From positions 2,232,001-2,296,000 of the forward strand of contig JAWMAR010000250.1 of the NCBI GenBank assembly GCA_036785375.1: a stretch of DNA of 64,000 nucleotides. Direction: 5' to 3'. Positions 48,690 through 63,264 of this stretch are shown one piece after another. Every line of letters starts with the position of its first letter. Position 1 is the first letter of the stretch. The DNA comes from Leucoraja ocellata (lineage: Eukaryota). A program made the position numbers and the translations under genes. Below the pieces are notes generated by a model, which was given only the letters and a program-made list of their open reading frames with translations, did no database searches and was not told the origin of the DNA.

Positions 48690-51600
48690 TAGTTTGAGGG
48701 TGCTTTATCATGTCAGAAGAAGAGTCTCAATCCGAAACGTCACCCATTCCTTCTCTCCAGAGATATTGTCTGTCCCGCTGAGTTACTCCAGCATTTTGTC
48801 TGCCTTATGTATCTTTATACTGTAATGGCTTGATTGTAATCAGGTATTGTCTTTCTACTGATGGTTAGCACACACCAAAGGCTTTTCACTGTACCTCAGT
48901 TCACGTGACAATAAACTAAACTATTGTCATTGTGGGAATACCTTTCCAGAAGGACTGCATTAGTTTGAGGCCACCAGCTTTCTGCTTGAACGATGATGTT
49001 CCAACAAACAATGTGTGGGCCTAGAAATATTGGCAGGGAATTTACAGGGAAAACTTTCAGATTTACTCTTTACAGTCAAACGATGAGTCTCCCGAATAGT
49101 TTTTAAGGTTTAGATATTTAAAAGGAATTTGTCAATTGTTCTTCCTTGCCTACAACCTGTGAAGATGAACAAGGAGGTAAAGAATTTGAAAGACAAATTC
49201 CTAAAGTTTCCCTTTAGGAATTTTCCCAGTCATCTGATCCTTTTCTGATGTAATATTACAGGAGAATGAAGCATAAAAAACAGCCTGGTCCTGGAAAATC
49301 CAGTTCCAGAAACCTGGTATCCGTCATTATATAAATTCTCTCCTTTGTCATGCATTTCTTTCTGACCATTTTTTTGGGGTTAATTATTGCATGTACATAA
49401 TTTTGAAAATGGCATATCAAGCCCTGTCTGTGCACATGTCCTCAAAGTGTATGCGTGGTTCCACTCTGTCCATTTTTGTTTTTTGGGACGTCACATGGTA
49501 ACAAATTGAGAAATGGGAATGAAATTTGATCTAACTATAGTTTGATGCAGGAAGTGCTGGATTAGGAGGGAAATCTCTTTACAATTTGCATAACCTGTGT
49601 AATTTGACTCTAGGGGAGGGCATTTTGACTCGATTTCTCTTCATTTTCATCTTTTTCGGTCGTTCTCAAAAGTTGGTTCGTTGTTAATTCAGCAACGTGT
49701 TCAGTCATCGTAGTTTGATATCATTATTACCTGTTTAGTTATTTTAAATTACTTACTTTTAAGTATTATTTTTGAAAGCTTTTATTTTGAAGGAGTGACT
49801 AAACAAAGTTTAGACAATATAGTTAAATATTGCAATCTAAGTTATTGTTGCATCTCAATGGCGTAAAGCCATCTATGCTATCGTCCATGAACTGAGCCAT
49901 TGAGTGAGGCACAATAGGGTTATTTTCTTTCAGAGGTGGCGTATTTTGCCAATGTGAGGAACAGCAGATATTATAAACTTGCATAGAACGCAGTGCTGGA
50001 GTAACTCAGTGGGTTAGGCAGCATTTCTGGAGGACGTGTATAGGCAAAGTTTCAGGTTGGGGCCCTTCAGACTCCTATCTCAAGATGCTGAAACACACAT
50101 TGGGTTTCAGCCTGAGCATTATGGCCTCTCAGCTCTGGCAGGTTTCTAGCTAGTATGTGTAAGTGTCATTGAAACCTTGTAGATGTGGAGTTTTTGTGGT
50201 GTTAACAAGAATGCTCTTGGCATAAAGATATTCTCGTTATAGCAACATGGACTAAGTCATGTTTCCAGTAGAATTTTTTTTTCCACAATGCCTGCAATAT
50301 TAGACTAGGTGTTCAGTTTCTTGATGGAATTGAACTTGCTGCATGCAAAATTTAGCGCATTGGCTGGATCAAGTTGTGGTACGGTTTTAATAAAAATGTG
50401 AACTTTGTACTTTCTTTGTGGTTGGAAAGGGAACTTGTATTGATTTTCATTTACTATTTAATTTTTGAGTTCCCTTTGAATTGGGTATTTCTTAAAATGT
50501 TTCACTCCAGTTAGTCAACTTATTAAAAAGGGCAACACTTAACAGCTATTTTTAAACAAAACAGGAAGAAGGGCCACAGTGACTGCATAATTACCTGATG
50601 CCACGTGGCCAAGTCCAAGTCCAGCTGGCACGTGAGGGAGGGGAGCAGGCAATTAAAAGTTGGACCGCGTCACTAATGGACAACAGCCGTTCCAGTGCAT
50701 ATAAAAGGGAAATGAAAAGTGCCACTCCCTGTAAACTATTTTGGTGAATCTAGCAGTATGAATGTTTGGTGATGCAATTCCACTAAAATTAAATTTGCTG
50801 GCATGCCTATGAGATATTGACAAAAGATTGCAGTTGTATCTCAAACCTATGATCTAGTTTTCTGTATATTGCCACTGCTCACAAACACCCTACTCCCTTA
50901 CATATCAGTTAAGGTCATAACATTAGTCAATCTAACTTGAGGCATTTATGGCTTAATGACACGTATTGCATGACAGTTCGGGGTGTATTGCTAATAATTC
51001 CTGAGTATTATTGACAGTATCTGTGGTGACATTTTATTTCATAAGGGTTCTTTAAAGAGTCCAGTGGAGCCTATAAGTCACTTGTCCCCTTTGTGTTTGT
51101 GATTTACAGACCTCTTGCACTCACTAACACACAATGATTTAAATAGTCTTAATATTATACCCCTAGGTCGTGAAATGAATTTGGGTCAAATTCTGATCAA
51201 TAAAATAATTCTGATTTATACGATGATTTATGCTACTAAACATTTCTACATTCCCTGTAGCACTACACTATGGCTGAAAATGGAAAAATAAAGACTGATG
51301 TTTTTGATAATTGTACTGTAAACCATTTATGACAAACTTTATGATATTAAGACCACATTTGGCAAATGACTATTTTGAAGAGGCAGTAAACGTGATATGC
51401 ATCTCATAAAAGCCTGTTCTGGTTTAAATCACCAAGAGAATTTGGATGGTGGCTGCTTGGTGGGGCTTGGCAGTCTCATACTTTGTTTTGGAAATGATGC
51501 TGGAAAACTAAAGGCGGTCAAAAGCAACTAACCTGAATGAGGTAACATGTTAAATTCCAATCTATATTCATAGTACCCCAAAGTAACACAGAAATGACAG

Positions 51601-53294
51601 ATGGATTTAAATGCATACATTGTTAGAAGCTGCAATGTTGTAATATTCGTTTTTGGTATCTGATGGTCACTTTGCTACTTTTTAAATTTGCATGTGTAAT
51701 TTGATCTTGGGATGCGGTGTACTATTTTCAAAGTATGTTATGTGACTTTAATTCATAACTTGAATCCCTTGCATTGATGCAACTAAAAATAAAATGCATC
51801 CTCTCGCACCCTCGTCTTCACTTTCCCAACTCCCCACCACCCACTGGATCCCCTTTACCCCCAGCTAGACTCTTTGCCCCTATTGCTTTCAATTTCACTT
51901 TATCTTCCTTTTCAGTCACTTTCCAGATTGTGTAGTCTTTTGTTCTCCACTTATAGCCGAACAGCCTCAGTCATCTTTCTCCACCACCTGAATATTACCA
52001 GGCAATCAATCCATCCTCGCCTATATGCAGCAGTTTACTAGCTTTTGCCCCCCAACACCTCCCCGTCTCTTTATACTGATTAATTCCACTCTTTTCAGTC
52101 TAGATCTGAAACCCGACTGCCCATTTCCCGTTGTCTTGCTGCCTTACCTGCTGAGTTCCTCCAGTAACTCTCATTTTCTTGCCACTTTGAGCAGTGGGTT
52201 AAGCTATAACACCCAACCTAAGAATGTACTTTTTGTACCTTTTTCAATCATTATCCGACTGAAACTCCCATAACGAAGGTAAATGGCAGATGGATTTTGT
52301 AAAAGAAAAACTCACTTTTCAAAAACAGAAGCTTGGGAATCTTAGAAAGAAGGAATGGGTGGCGTTTTGGGTCGAGACACCTCTTTTCCTGTCTGAAGGT
52401 TCTCAACCCAAAACATCACCCTTCTACCCAGATATTCTGTCTGCCTCGTTGAGTTACTCCAGCATTTTGTGTCTATCTTTGATATAAGCATAGGAATCTT
52501 GTTTTATATGTGCAGTTTCCTGTTTCGGTCTTGAACATATAAATAAGGAGCATTTCAAAATCACTCAAGGGCAATAATCTTGACAAGTCTGAAGCAAACT
52601 TCACTGAACTGATCCTTATAAATGTTTGCACTGCTGGACCACATGGATACATTGGAAAGTATCCCTGGTGAAAAATCGTTCTGTGGGTTTATCTTGACAT
52701 AAGTTAGAGTTGATTATGCTGTGGGAACTAATACCCTGTAACAGTATTGTGTCCTTTGGTAATAAATGTATCAATCAGCAGGACAGGCAGTATCTCTGGA
52801 GAAAAGGAATGGGTGATGTTTTGGGTCAAGAAGAAAGATCTCGACCCAAAACGTTCAATATTGATACTGTTCTTGAAAATATGACTTCTGTCAAGCAGGA
52901 TTTTGATGCATGCAAATCCAAGATACAATGATGCTGTATAAAATTGGGCATTTACAAGGAGTGTCAGAAATGAATTTGCACAACATCGAAATGTATTGCT
53001 TAAGAAGTCAAATTTTATATATTCTTACAGCGATCACCATTTAGTGAAAAGAACCAATCCAATTTGTAGACACCAGTGAATGATGCATTCCCTTGTAAGT
53101 TCAATGGGTACTGCAAAATGTCCAAATTGAAAGGGAGGGAAATTTATGCATAAAGTTGAAAAGTCAACCTCGATGTTCCTCGATGTAAATTATTCTATCT
53201 CAAAACATGCTATTTCAACAATGTAGAACACTTCCCCCCCCCCCCCCCCCCCCAGGTTTTCAGTTGTGTTGTATTGTTGACATTAGCATTTAAC

Positions 53295-53574
53295 TAGTTT
53301 AGAGATATTGCGTGGAACCAGGCCATTCGGCCCACCGAGTCTGTGCCGACCAGCAATCCCCACACACTAACACTACCCTACACACACTAGGAACTTTTTT
53401 TTACCAAGCCAATTAACCTACAAACCTGTACATCTTTGGAGTGTGGGAGAAAACCCATGCCGGTCACGGGGAGAACGTACAAACTATGTAGAGACAAGCA
53501 CCCGTAGTCAGGATCTAACCCAGGTCTTGGGCGCTGCAAGGCAGTAGCTCTACCCCAGCGCCATCGAGCTGCCC
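53295..53574 (-). mobile_element. HE1-like V-SINE
   Basis: Reverse complement of the same head / V-domain / tail structure. Confidence 0.85.
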
Positions 53575-54397
53575 ACTTCTGGGTGTGTTTTTCTGTACTC
53601 TCCACTTGAACCTTGGAGCAACACTGTAATAATAACCCTGAAAAATTCCCCACATTCTCTTTAGTGGCTAAAGTTCATTAATCACGATGGGCTAGTTTGA
53701 ATTTATTGGTTATTGCATTTTAAATGCTTTTTAGTAAAGTTATCATTATAGTCCAAAGGCTAAAAAATATTGGACTTTGTTCCACTGATATATGATCTTG
53801 TTATGAAATTGAGGAATGTGGACCTGATTTACATTCCAGTTACACAGCAATGCTGATCTAGTCTTTGATTGGATGTTCCTAAATATTATACTTCTGTAAA
53901 CTAGCAGAGCTGCAGGAATGTTATACATTTTTAGTTGATAAGGAACAATTTCTCTTCAATTTTATCAATCATAAAATTGCATTGTGTTATTTCCAGACCT
54001 TTTGCATACAAGTGCTTCCTGTTTTGAAAGCAGATTTCTTCCAACTAAGAAGCATGTGGAATGAAGTTAAAGCAGTGACCCCTCTCCACAAAGCTTTCTT
54101 TTGCTGTTACAAAGCCTTACGTAGACCGGTATCTTTGCAATGGCGTGACAGTATTACTGCCGCCTCAGTTTCAACAAACTTGGTCAAATCTTTACTAAAT
54201 CAGAATTCCTGTACACACAGGACAGACAAGATCTTGTATTGTGTTCGATCTCGGAGACCTTGAGTCAACCCCAGCTCTCGAAGCAATCCCATTAGTCCTA
54301 TTCCCTCTGCAACCCATTCTCTCTTGGTGGTCATTAATTTCCCTCTGATTCTCCTCCCATCTACTTTTGAGGGGTAATTTAGAATAGCTAATTGTCT

Positions 54398-54490
54398 TAG
54401 GTAGACAAAAGTGCTGGAGAAACGCAGCGGGTGCAGCAGCATCTATGGAGCAAAGGAAATAGGCAATGTTTTGGACCGAAACCCTTCTTC
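54398..54490 (-). mobile_element. Short PLE-derived repeat inserted in an old SINE
   Basis: gtagacaaaagtgctggagaaacgcagcgggtgcagcagcatctatggagc...ttttggaccgaaacccttcttc. Confidence 0.8.
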
Positions 54491-55514
54491 TACCTACCAC
54501 TGCATATTTGAGATGAGCGTAAACTGGAGCACTCAGATAAAATTCATTTGGTCACAGGGAGGATGTCCAAAGTCCATGTTGACACCAAAGATCAGCATTA
54601 AACCCTTGTCACTGGCTGCTGTGAGCAATCCTGTTCACAGTATTGCCACCTTCATACCACTTCTGGAGAGCCATATTATGCAGATGTTTTCACATGTTGT
54701 ACAGTAATTTTAAAACCAAGAGCTATATTTGATTGACTATCTCTCCTTGGCTTACATTTATGCATTTTAGAGATACTATACATTTTCATTGGGAGAAGCA
54801 AATTTCTGTAACAAGACAATTGTTTTTTTCGACCAATGTTCATGCTTGAGATTCTCTACGAATCTGTGTTTTTCCTTCTGCATTTGAGACACTATAGGCC
54901 AGAGACTATCAAGATTTGTTCAGCATGTTGCATACTAAAATGTAACTTTGTCACCATCTCCTGAGGATCCCAGACTTTGAAAACATCCTTCAATTTTTGT
55001 TTTACTCTGCCGGACAATCTGTTGCTGTGGTAGCAGAATAATACAATAGCTTGCTGCTAGATGAAGACATAGCTTTCATTATGAGAATCAAAATGGTTCT
55101 CCAGTATAAAACTTGTGCTTGGGGTTTTCCCTATAATCTACTGAATTCATCTTTGATTATGACAGGTAAATCAGTTCCTTCTGCTGTTTTCAATTGTTGA
55201 CTTTAAGCTTGAATGACAGCTGTGAAATTGGAAGTCAGAATTCTTCTGGAAATGAGCTCTGAGTGTATTGACCCATGAAGTTGCACATACAACTCTTTCA
55301 TAAGCATATTCAAAAATATGTCTGCCGTTCTTCCATGCCTTCAACTGCTGGTCCCCTGCGTGTATTAAGAGCAAGATGGCCTCCTAGGCAAAGCCCCTTT
55401 GTGCTGAATTTTGTACAACTGGGGAGGGATAGTGTTCTCCCTACAATAGTGATGGGGGAATATATTTCTCATCACCATCCAGTGTCCTATAGTGGTTGGT
55501 TAATCTTCATTGTC

Positions 55515-55790
55515 ATGAGTACTTGCGCTCGATCTGCCGAGACCAATGGGATCTCCCAGTTGCTAACCATTTTATCTCCTGTTTCCACTATCATGGGTCT
55601 CGTCCATTGCCACAATGAGGGCACATCAACACCTCATGTTTCGCTTGGGTGGTTTTTCCTTCTTAGACTCCCTTTGGTCATGAGTGTCTCCAGGGTGCTA
55701 TTCCCTATATGGAAACCTAGCAGTATGAGCATCGAATTCTCCAATTTTAGGTAACTACAAGCCCTTCGTTTCTTCACCCTGGGTCTGAAA
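55515..55790 (+). mobile_element. Degenerate Penelope-like GIY-YIG 3' fragment
   Basis: Frameshifted LRSICRDQWDLPVANHF...LVHCHNE...QHLMFRLG...PSSMSIEFSNFR*, homologous to 6887-7135, followed by gggtctgaa. Confidence 0.7.
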
Positions 55791-57571
55791 ATTGTATTTG
55801 TATCTTCCAATCTTTAGGGATTGCAATCGTTAATTTAAAATATCAAAACATGCTGAAAATCCCCATGAGTAGAATTGATTTAAAAAAAAAAAGAAAACAT
55901 TTATTCTTGCCATTAGTGTGAAGCAAAACTGAAAATGCACATATTTGTGAATATTTCATGCTAATTTTCTAAAAGCAGCAATAAAGTGATTACACCATAT
56001 GCAGTTTTTTAACAACTCTGATCCCTGCCAACTTATTTTTATGCTTTGAGTACAGGGTCCAAAATCTGGCACACTCAGGAGTGAGTGGGGTGGGGGGTGG
56101 GACATGGTGGTGGGGGGGGGGGGGGGGGAGGAGAAAATATGTGGGGTTCAACTATAGTTGTATTTATCTGCCATAATATGCTAAAATACATTTTACAAAC
56201 TATATAAAATATCAGCTTTATACAAACTATTTGTACATCTTTAATTAGTTGTACTTGTCACTTTATCCTTGCCCGTCCCATTGCACAAATTCCACTGAAT
56301 CAGTCTTTCAATGTGCCACTTGCTATGTAAATCTCATGTTTTCATATTTCACATTTTGCCCCTCATTGTGAAGACAGCAATCATTTGCATGATCTAATCC
56401 TGCTGCTCAACCTGGGAGGGGGGAAAAAATTGTACTATGACTTTTGCACGGCTCTGTTGATAGATTTCAATGATACACTTATTGAGTGGAATGCAAATAA
56501 GCTAAAGCAAGTGACCCTTAATGTTCTGTTTCATGACTTTGACTAGATTTGCCTTAAAGCACAATGTGCTGGCACTAAGCTATAATGTTTTCCATGGCCT
56601 CTGTAAAATGCCAAGTAATCTCGTGATGAAAGAATTTTCATTTCAATTTCTTTCAAAAATTGATTTTGGTGCAAAAACCTGATTGGCAGAAATTCCTTAA
56701 GAAAAATGCCCACTTGTGACATTTTATGATCCCACTAAAAATGTCTAGTGAATGTAAATTATTCATGCCAGCTGTTTTTTGGAGACAATCCCACAGGAAG
56801 CTCATACTTTTGGTCAAGTTAAATCATTCACTCCATCTATAAACACTGCTGTTTACATGACTCTTTGCTTCGGAGATGGACTGCAGTATGTAAATAAACA
56901 GGCAATCAGGCTACAAAGATTTCTACTTTCTCAAGACGCACTGGTACAGAAATGATTAGATCGACAGATATTGAAAGCTTTAATTTCCTGCGTGCTTCAG
57001 CCAAACCACAGTATAGATGTCGGCTCTGGAATTCAATTTGGAGTAGTGTTCCAGGTTGAATGATAACTATTGTGCAACAAGAATTTTGAAGTGTTTTGTC
57101 TGAACTATTTGTTCTTTTTGCAGAGAAGTTATGAGAGGCGATTGCAATTCTTGTAAGGCAGCCAAATAGCCACTGAGATCGAGGGATGAACTGGCAGCCA
57201 CAGTTTTCAAGTTCAAATCATGACCTTGAGTGATTCCAGCTTCCCTACTCTCAACAGTTCAGGGTTTGTTTCTTTCTTGGGACATGCTTTCATCTTTGTA
57301 TTTGGGTGAATTGCAAAGCTTAGTACAGCGTTTTCCTCATGCTGCGGGAGTCTGGAGGACAGCAACAGTGCTGGTCACATTGAGCATATCTTTGAATTAC
57401 ATTCATTGGCAATTGGCTGCAATCCTTCAATTTCTTCACATTTATTTGAATAGATTTGGAGAGGAAATTCCGGGTCAGAATAATCATTAATTTCAACTCT
57501 GCGAATGGGATCATTGGCATCCATCGCACAGCTGAAAATAATAAATCCAGCATGTTGGCATTGTCAGATTT

Positions 57572-57885
57572 GGGTGGCACGGTGGCACAGCTTTGGAGTT
57601 GCTGCCTTACATACAGCACCAGAGACCCAGCTTCCACCCTGCCTGCAGGTGCTGTCTTGTATGGAGTTTGTACGTTTTCCCTGTGACCACGTGGGTTTTC
57701 TCTGGGTGCTCCAGTTTCCTCCCACCCTCCAAAGACGTACAGGTTTGTAGGTTAATTGGCTTTGGTTAAAACAAATTGTAATTTGTTCCCAGTGTGTAGG
57801 ATAATGCTCGTGTATGGCATTCTCTATTCAGTGTGGACTCGGTGGGCCAAAGGGACTGTTTCCATGCTGTATCTCAAAAATAACT
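57572..57885 (+). mobile_element. HE1-like tRNA-derived V-SINE, near full length
   Basis: tRNA-like head gggtggcacggtggcacag...gacccagcttc, V-domain ggagtttgtacgttttccctgtgacc..gtgggttttctctgggtgctccagtttcctccca, and CR1-like tail gggccaaagggactgtttccatgctgtatctc. Confidence 0.85.
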
Positions 57886-60064
57886 CATCACAGTTAGTGC
57901 TTTTGTAGTCTGTACTTTTTACTGATAGCCTAGTGCTATCACCTCACTAGACAGATGTTATTATTTCAAAGCAATTCCCTCCAGATCTGCTAAGATTGAT
58001 TCCTTGAAGGTTTGCAATTGAACTGTATTGTTTTTCAGACGTAGAGGGAGTATGAAAATTAAGAAGCAGCAATTATCCAATTCCCTGAAGGTGGAGGATG
58101 AAGCAGAGGAGATTTTTTTTTTAATGCTTTATTTATGCATTGCTTGTTACATGGCAATGTATATTGTTCAGTTGTACCAACCAGTGTAGGTTCAGTCATC
58201 TATGCTAACTTACTAAATGCCAGAACCCTCATTTGAAGTGATTCAATCTGAAGGATCCTGATCCGAAACGTCAGCTATCCATGTTCTCCAGAGCTCATGC
58301 CTGACCCGCTGGGTTACTCCAGCACTTTGTGTAAACCAGTATCTGCAGTTGCTTGTTTCTACAACCCTCAACTCCTCCCTGGTTTCTTTTGAGAAGTGCA
58401 AAGGTCAGAATGTTTTCATAGCTTGCTGTTGAGACTTCCATGTGGGAGAATATTGTGAATGAAGAATTTTTTCCCATGGCTTTTGCCCGCCACTGATATC
58501 TCTGTACAGTTTGCATCATTGGCAAAGTGCATGTGCGGTGGTGAGATGGGAAAGGGGAGTCCACAGTGAAAGTTGATGAAAATATGGTGAATAAAATGGG
58601 TGGACTGTTTCAAAATGGATGTTTGGTGATCAGCGCAGACTGTGAGTGGAATGCCCAGAATCTGTATCGTTTCTCACTTAACTGAGATTACAGGGTTCTA
58701 CTAATACATATTTCGCAGTAATGAACATAGTTCCGAATCCATCAGTGAAGGGGCACGGCATTTTTGCGGTTGAATATTTTTACAAAAACTGTGATTGTTA
58801 AAAATTATGTAATGTGCTGTTACTCCAAGCACTCATTTTAACGACCACTGGCATTTAACTGATGTATAACATCTTTTGAAAATACTTTTTTCATTGAATT
58901 CTTTCAGGAAAGGCACTGGTAAATGTATTGAAGGTTGTGGTTGCTGCCGTATGTGAACCATTATGGTTGGGTGAATATTTGCTTTGCTCTGTAACCTCCC
59001 TGATGCTTTTGTAAATGACAAAGTAAGAATTTTCAGACCAGCTTGAAGATGGAATTTTATTTTATTTTATAGTTCCACGAATTGAGCAGACACGCAAGGT
59101 GTACATAATGTTGTGAATAATGAGAGTTGGGCATACGTTTTACAGTTGATGGGGGCGAGGGATCTTTTGGTACATTCTCGTTGAATGTTTTTGTATTTAG
59201 GATTCTGTAGGTTGCAGATCCTGATGTTAACAGCAGGCAGCACCAACCTTAAAGTCAACAGTCTACACAGAGATTGGGCCTGTTGTGACATATTGCCGTT
59301 ATATAGCTAGGACAGGATTAAGATTAGTTATGGAGGAAAGCCACATTTGAGAAGGATACTCCAATCTCATGTATGGTGGTTAATGTTGAGCCCTGCATTT
59401 TTCTTAGTTTGGTTTAATTTGGAGAATCTGTGCGGACACAGGCCCTTCGGCCCACCGAGTCTGTGCCAGTTTCCACGTCGCCTATTCCTTCGCTCCATTA
59501 CCCGCTGAGTTTCTCCAGCATTTTTGTCTACCTAAAATGTTAAATGTCAGTATGTTTGTTTCCTCAACTTTTCCTGGAGTAAACATGAGGGAGGTGTGTC
59601 ACTTCTAAATTAAACATTTCCTACTTATTTGTTGTTTTGTAACAGTGTCCAGCAAGCTTGGGTCAGTCAGTTTAGCTTTATTTAGTTTTATTTTTGCCTT
59701 GAGCTTTGATCCCAGCTTTTGAAAGACTAGCCTCTTGCATCAGTGTCCACTTTTCTGTGTACAATCCTTCTGGACCTTGTAAGATTGACATTTTGAATTA
59801 ACAAAGTTGGCTTTCTGTAAATCCGAACCCACCGGGCATTGTGCTGAAGCTAACTCCTTTCATGTGTAACATAAATCAACACTGAAATTCTCGACCTGCT
59901 TTCCAGGCTTACTTTAAAACCGGGGCGTAGAAATGAAGCACCACTAATGGAACGTTGTGCCAACTCATTGCACCATCCTGCCTGCTAATGAGGCAAATTT
60001 AAAAACCCATGCCAGCAAACGAATCCAACCCTTAAATTTAACATCCAATATAGAGGAGTCCAAT

Positions 60065-60325
60065 TTAGCGTAGATAGTTTAATGGAGATGTGCGTGGCAA
60101 GTTTTTATTTTAGTTTATTTTTTTAACACACAGAGTAAGTAGTGGGCGCCTGGGGTGGTGGTGGAGGCTAATTCGATGGTGGCATTTAAGAGGGTTTTAG
60201 ATAGGCTTATGGAACTTCAGGGAGTCGAGGGATATGCATTGTATATAGCCAGATGAGATCAGTTTAACTTGGCAGCATGTTCGTCACAAACATTGTGGGC
60301 CGAAGCACCCGTTTCTGTACTGTTT
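60065..60325 (+). mobile_element. CR1 3'-end fragment
   Basis: tttaatggagatgtgcgtggcaagttttt...ggcatttaagagggttttagatagg...gtgggccgaagcacccgtttctgtactgt. Confidence 0.7.
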
Positions 60326-61224
60326 GATATTATTCAAGTTGCTTTGGAAGATGTAACAGGATCCCATAATCATAATTTAACGGGATCGAACGCATCAATA
60401 TCTGCCATAAACCATGACCTTGTTGGTTATTGGTGATGCTATAATTGTGGGTAGTTTGAGTTCTGTTTCTGGAGTGCCTGTGGTTACAGCTTTGGGAGGA
60501 ATCTTGAGGCTGGCTCTATTTTGTTTAGTGTTCAGGGGCCCAATGAGAAAGCGTCGATTCCATTTTAATTGAGATGGTATCTCTTTTTTACCCCGTGCGG
60601 TTTGACGATGTAATTCAAATAATTAGTGTTTGAGCACCTCCCTCTCCAGCATAGCTGAGATTTGCCTTCACTTCTGGAATTTCCCCAGGTTAAGACTTTG
60701 ACCAAGCTTTCTGTGTGGTCATGTTCAGAAACAAGATCAGCTTTCAGATGTACATTGGGGTACAACCCACCCTCTGTCTTAACAATATGCTACATTAATA
60801 TCTGTTCAAGCAGACTGCTTGTCTGACAATTTATGGGTGAGACGGGATTTCCTTTGGGAAGAACAAGGCCATCAAAATCGGTCTTTGCCAAAATAATTGC
60901 ACTTTGTCCCGCAATTCAATTTTTGCTGCTTTCTTCATATCAGTTGTACTGTTCTATTTGATCAAGGTTGAATTTCAAATTTACTTATTTTAATCCATTA
61001 CTTTGGCCACTTACTTTAATTTTGAGAGAATTAACTCTTGCTTTTATTTGGAACCCATTTTTGTGCTATTGCCACCCTATCCTTGACTTTTTCAACAAAT
61101 AATTCAAAATTTAAAGTCCTTCAGAATTTGCTCAAATCCCCACTGAACTACTTATGCACCCTGGTAAACTACAAATGGAATTTGGATTGTCTTTAAACAC
61201 CCAACTGATCAAACCCATAATCTG

Positions 61225-61404
61225 TTCAAGAAGGAACTGCAGATGCTGGAGAATCGAAGGGAGACAAAATTGTTGGAGAAACTCAGCGGGTGCGGCAATA
61301 TCTATGGAGCGAAGGAAAGACGCAACGTTTCGGGCCGAAACATTGCCTCTTTCCTTCGCTCCATAGATGCTGTCGCACCCGCTGAGTTTCTCCAGCAATT
61401 TTGT
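61225..61404. mobile_element. Palindromic PLE-derived element, 14-bp TSD
   Basis: Arms fold about gtttcgggccgaaac; TSD aaacccataatctg at 61211-61224 and 61405-61418. Confidence 0.87.
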
Positions 61405-62386
61405 AAACCCATAATCTGCACTTCATGAGCTCCATATCGCCCTTTAGCCTTGTAGCTCCATGTCCACGTGAATCTTCTCCCCACAGATGACGTCCACATT
61501 GTAGATCGAGATGGATCGTGATTAATTTTAAAGAAACAAAATTCTGGATGCACTGCGCAGTGATGGAAAGAGAAATAGAATTAACCTTTCAGATGGAAAG
61601 CCCTTTTGCAGAGTACATTGACTTAAAATATCAACTCTGTACCTCTGTGCCCCAGTGCTGCCTGACCTCCTGAGCATTTCCAGCATTTTTCTGTTTTAAT
61701 TTCAGAATCATAAGGTCAGTGGAGCACAAATAGATTTCCATCTTCGGCAGATTTTGCTTTCAGGATCTTGATAAGTTGCGGTGATGAGGCATTGACCTGA
61801 AACTTTAATTCTATCTGTCTCAGCAAAATGCTACATGATCAGAATGCTGGAGGTGCTCTGGTTACAGTTGGTTTCTTGATGGCTGCAACAATTGAGGGCT
61901 CTCCTAATAAAGAATATTGTTTGTAGAGGAATGAACTGCAGACGCTGGTTTAAACCGAAGATGGACAAAAAGCTTAGCGGGTCTCTGGAGAAAAGGAATC
62001 GGTGACGTTTCAGATTGAGACCCTTCTTCAGACTGATGTCCCCGAGTTACTTCAGCTTCTTGTGTCTATCTAATGTTTGTACAGGATAGTCATGTTTACC
62101 ATCTTTAAAACGGAGATTAAGGAGAGAGAATTTGGTCAGGATGTAATTTTGATATTGATTAGTGGTTTCAATAGTGGTAGGGCAGAGATAGCAATGCAAC
62201 GGACATATTCAGCGCTGGAGTTGTATACAAGTACAGCTTTTACCAATGTGCCTAAAAGATAATAGGAAGCGTTTAGCATCAATGCAAAAGCTCCCTGTTT
62301 TGTCCTTGCAGAATAGACACAAAGACTATTATTCTGTTGATTTTCCCCATACACTTCATGTTGGATCGCATCCCTTAATTAAGTGT

Positions 62387-62650
62387 TGTTTAGAAACACA
62401 GCGTGGAAACGGGCCCCTCTGCACCGACCAGCGATCACCCCGTACACTATCCTGCACACACGAGGGACAATTTACAATTTTACTGAAGCCAATTAACCTA
62501 CAAACCTGTACGTCTTTGGAGCGTGGGAGAAACTGGAGCACCCGGAGAAAACCCACGCAGGTCATAGGGAGAATGTATAAACTCCATACAGACAGCACCC
62601 ATAGTCACGATCAAATCCGGGTGCCTGCTGATGGAAAGCAGAAACTCTCC
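62387..62650 (-). mobile_element. HE1-like V-SINE
   Basis: Same family, minus strand. Confidence 0.82.
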
Positions 62651-63264
62651 ATTGCTTTCAGCAAACTCCATATTCTACACTGAAATTTGTGCGATAATTT
62701 AAAATATCTTACGTTTATTAATACAAACTCTTGCTTTATGTGAAATCTAGCCAGCTGACTTGTGGTTTAGCTTGCTTCCATCTCTTCCTGTTATGGCCTG
62801 AAGCCAAGTAAAAAGTATGTTTTCACTTATGCAAAATGGGAGATGTGGGTCAGAAACATTTTTGGTTCTGTTGTAATCTAAACAGAAAAGCAAATCCACT
62901 GTACAGTCAAATCTCTGTTTCTAATCCACTACAAGCTGAACTTGATGCTGAAGAGTATCCTGGCAACATAGTTCAGAAATAGTGATGGTGGTGAAGGCAA
63001 GTCTCTTTCCCCTTGTGTCAGGTGATGTTATCCCACTGCGAATGTTTATCTCACAGTGCCTGGAGAAGATCTGCACAGCTTGGCTGCTGCACTGAAGGAA
63101 TAAGCACACTGAGTTTGTTCTTTGCATCGTTTATAAGAAAAGCTGGTTTTGGTTGTGATTTCGGCACTTTGTGATTCAAACGCTTTTGTGCGTGGGACTT
63201 TCTTGATATGAAGCCATCTTGTTTGTCAACGATTTCTGATGCACTGGCTTGTGTGTTGAATTCT

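Noticed and set aside
49030-49070. QGIYREN resembling the next exon motif EGIYRVSG
   Set aside because: No GLST or VSGNK context and no suitable acceptor; the next RhoGAP exon appears to lie beyond the window.
57095-57160. Strong-looking acceptor (ttgttctttttgCAG) with a possible ~29-nt poison exon
   Set aside because: The donor is weak (TT|GTAAGG), there is no homology to ARHGAP35, and such sites are common by chance; unsupported without RNA data.
57572-57645. tRNA gene
   Set aside because: tRNA-like head of a SINE with a degenerate B box and no complete cloverleaf.
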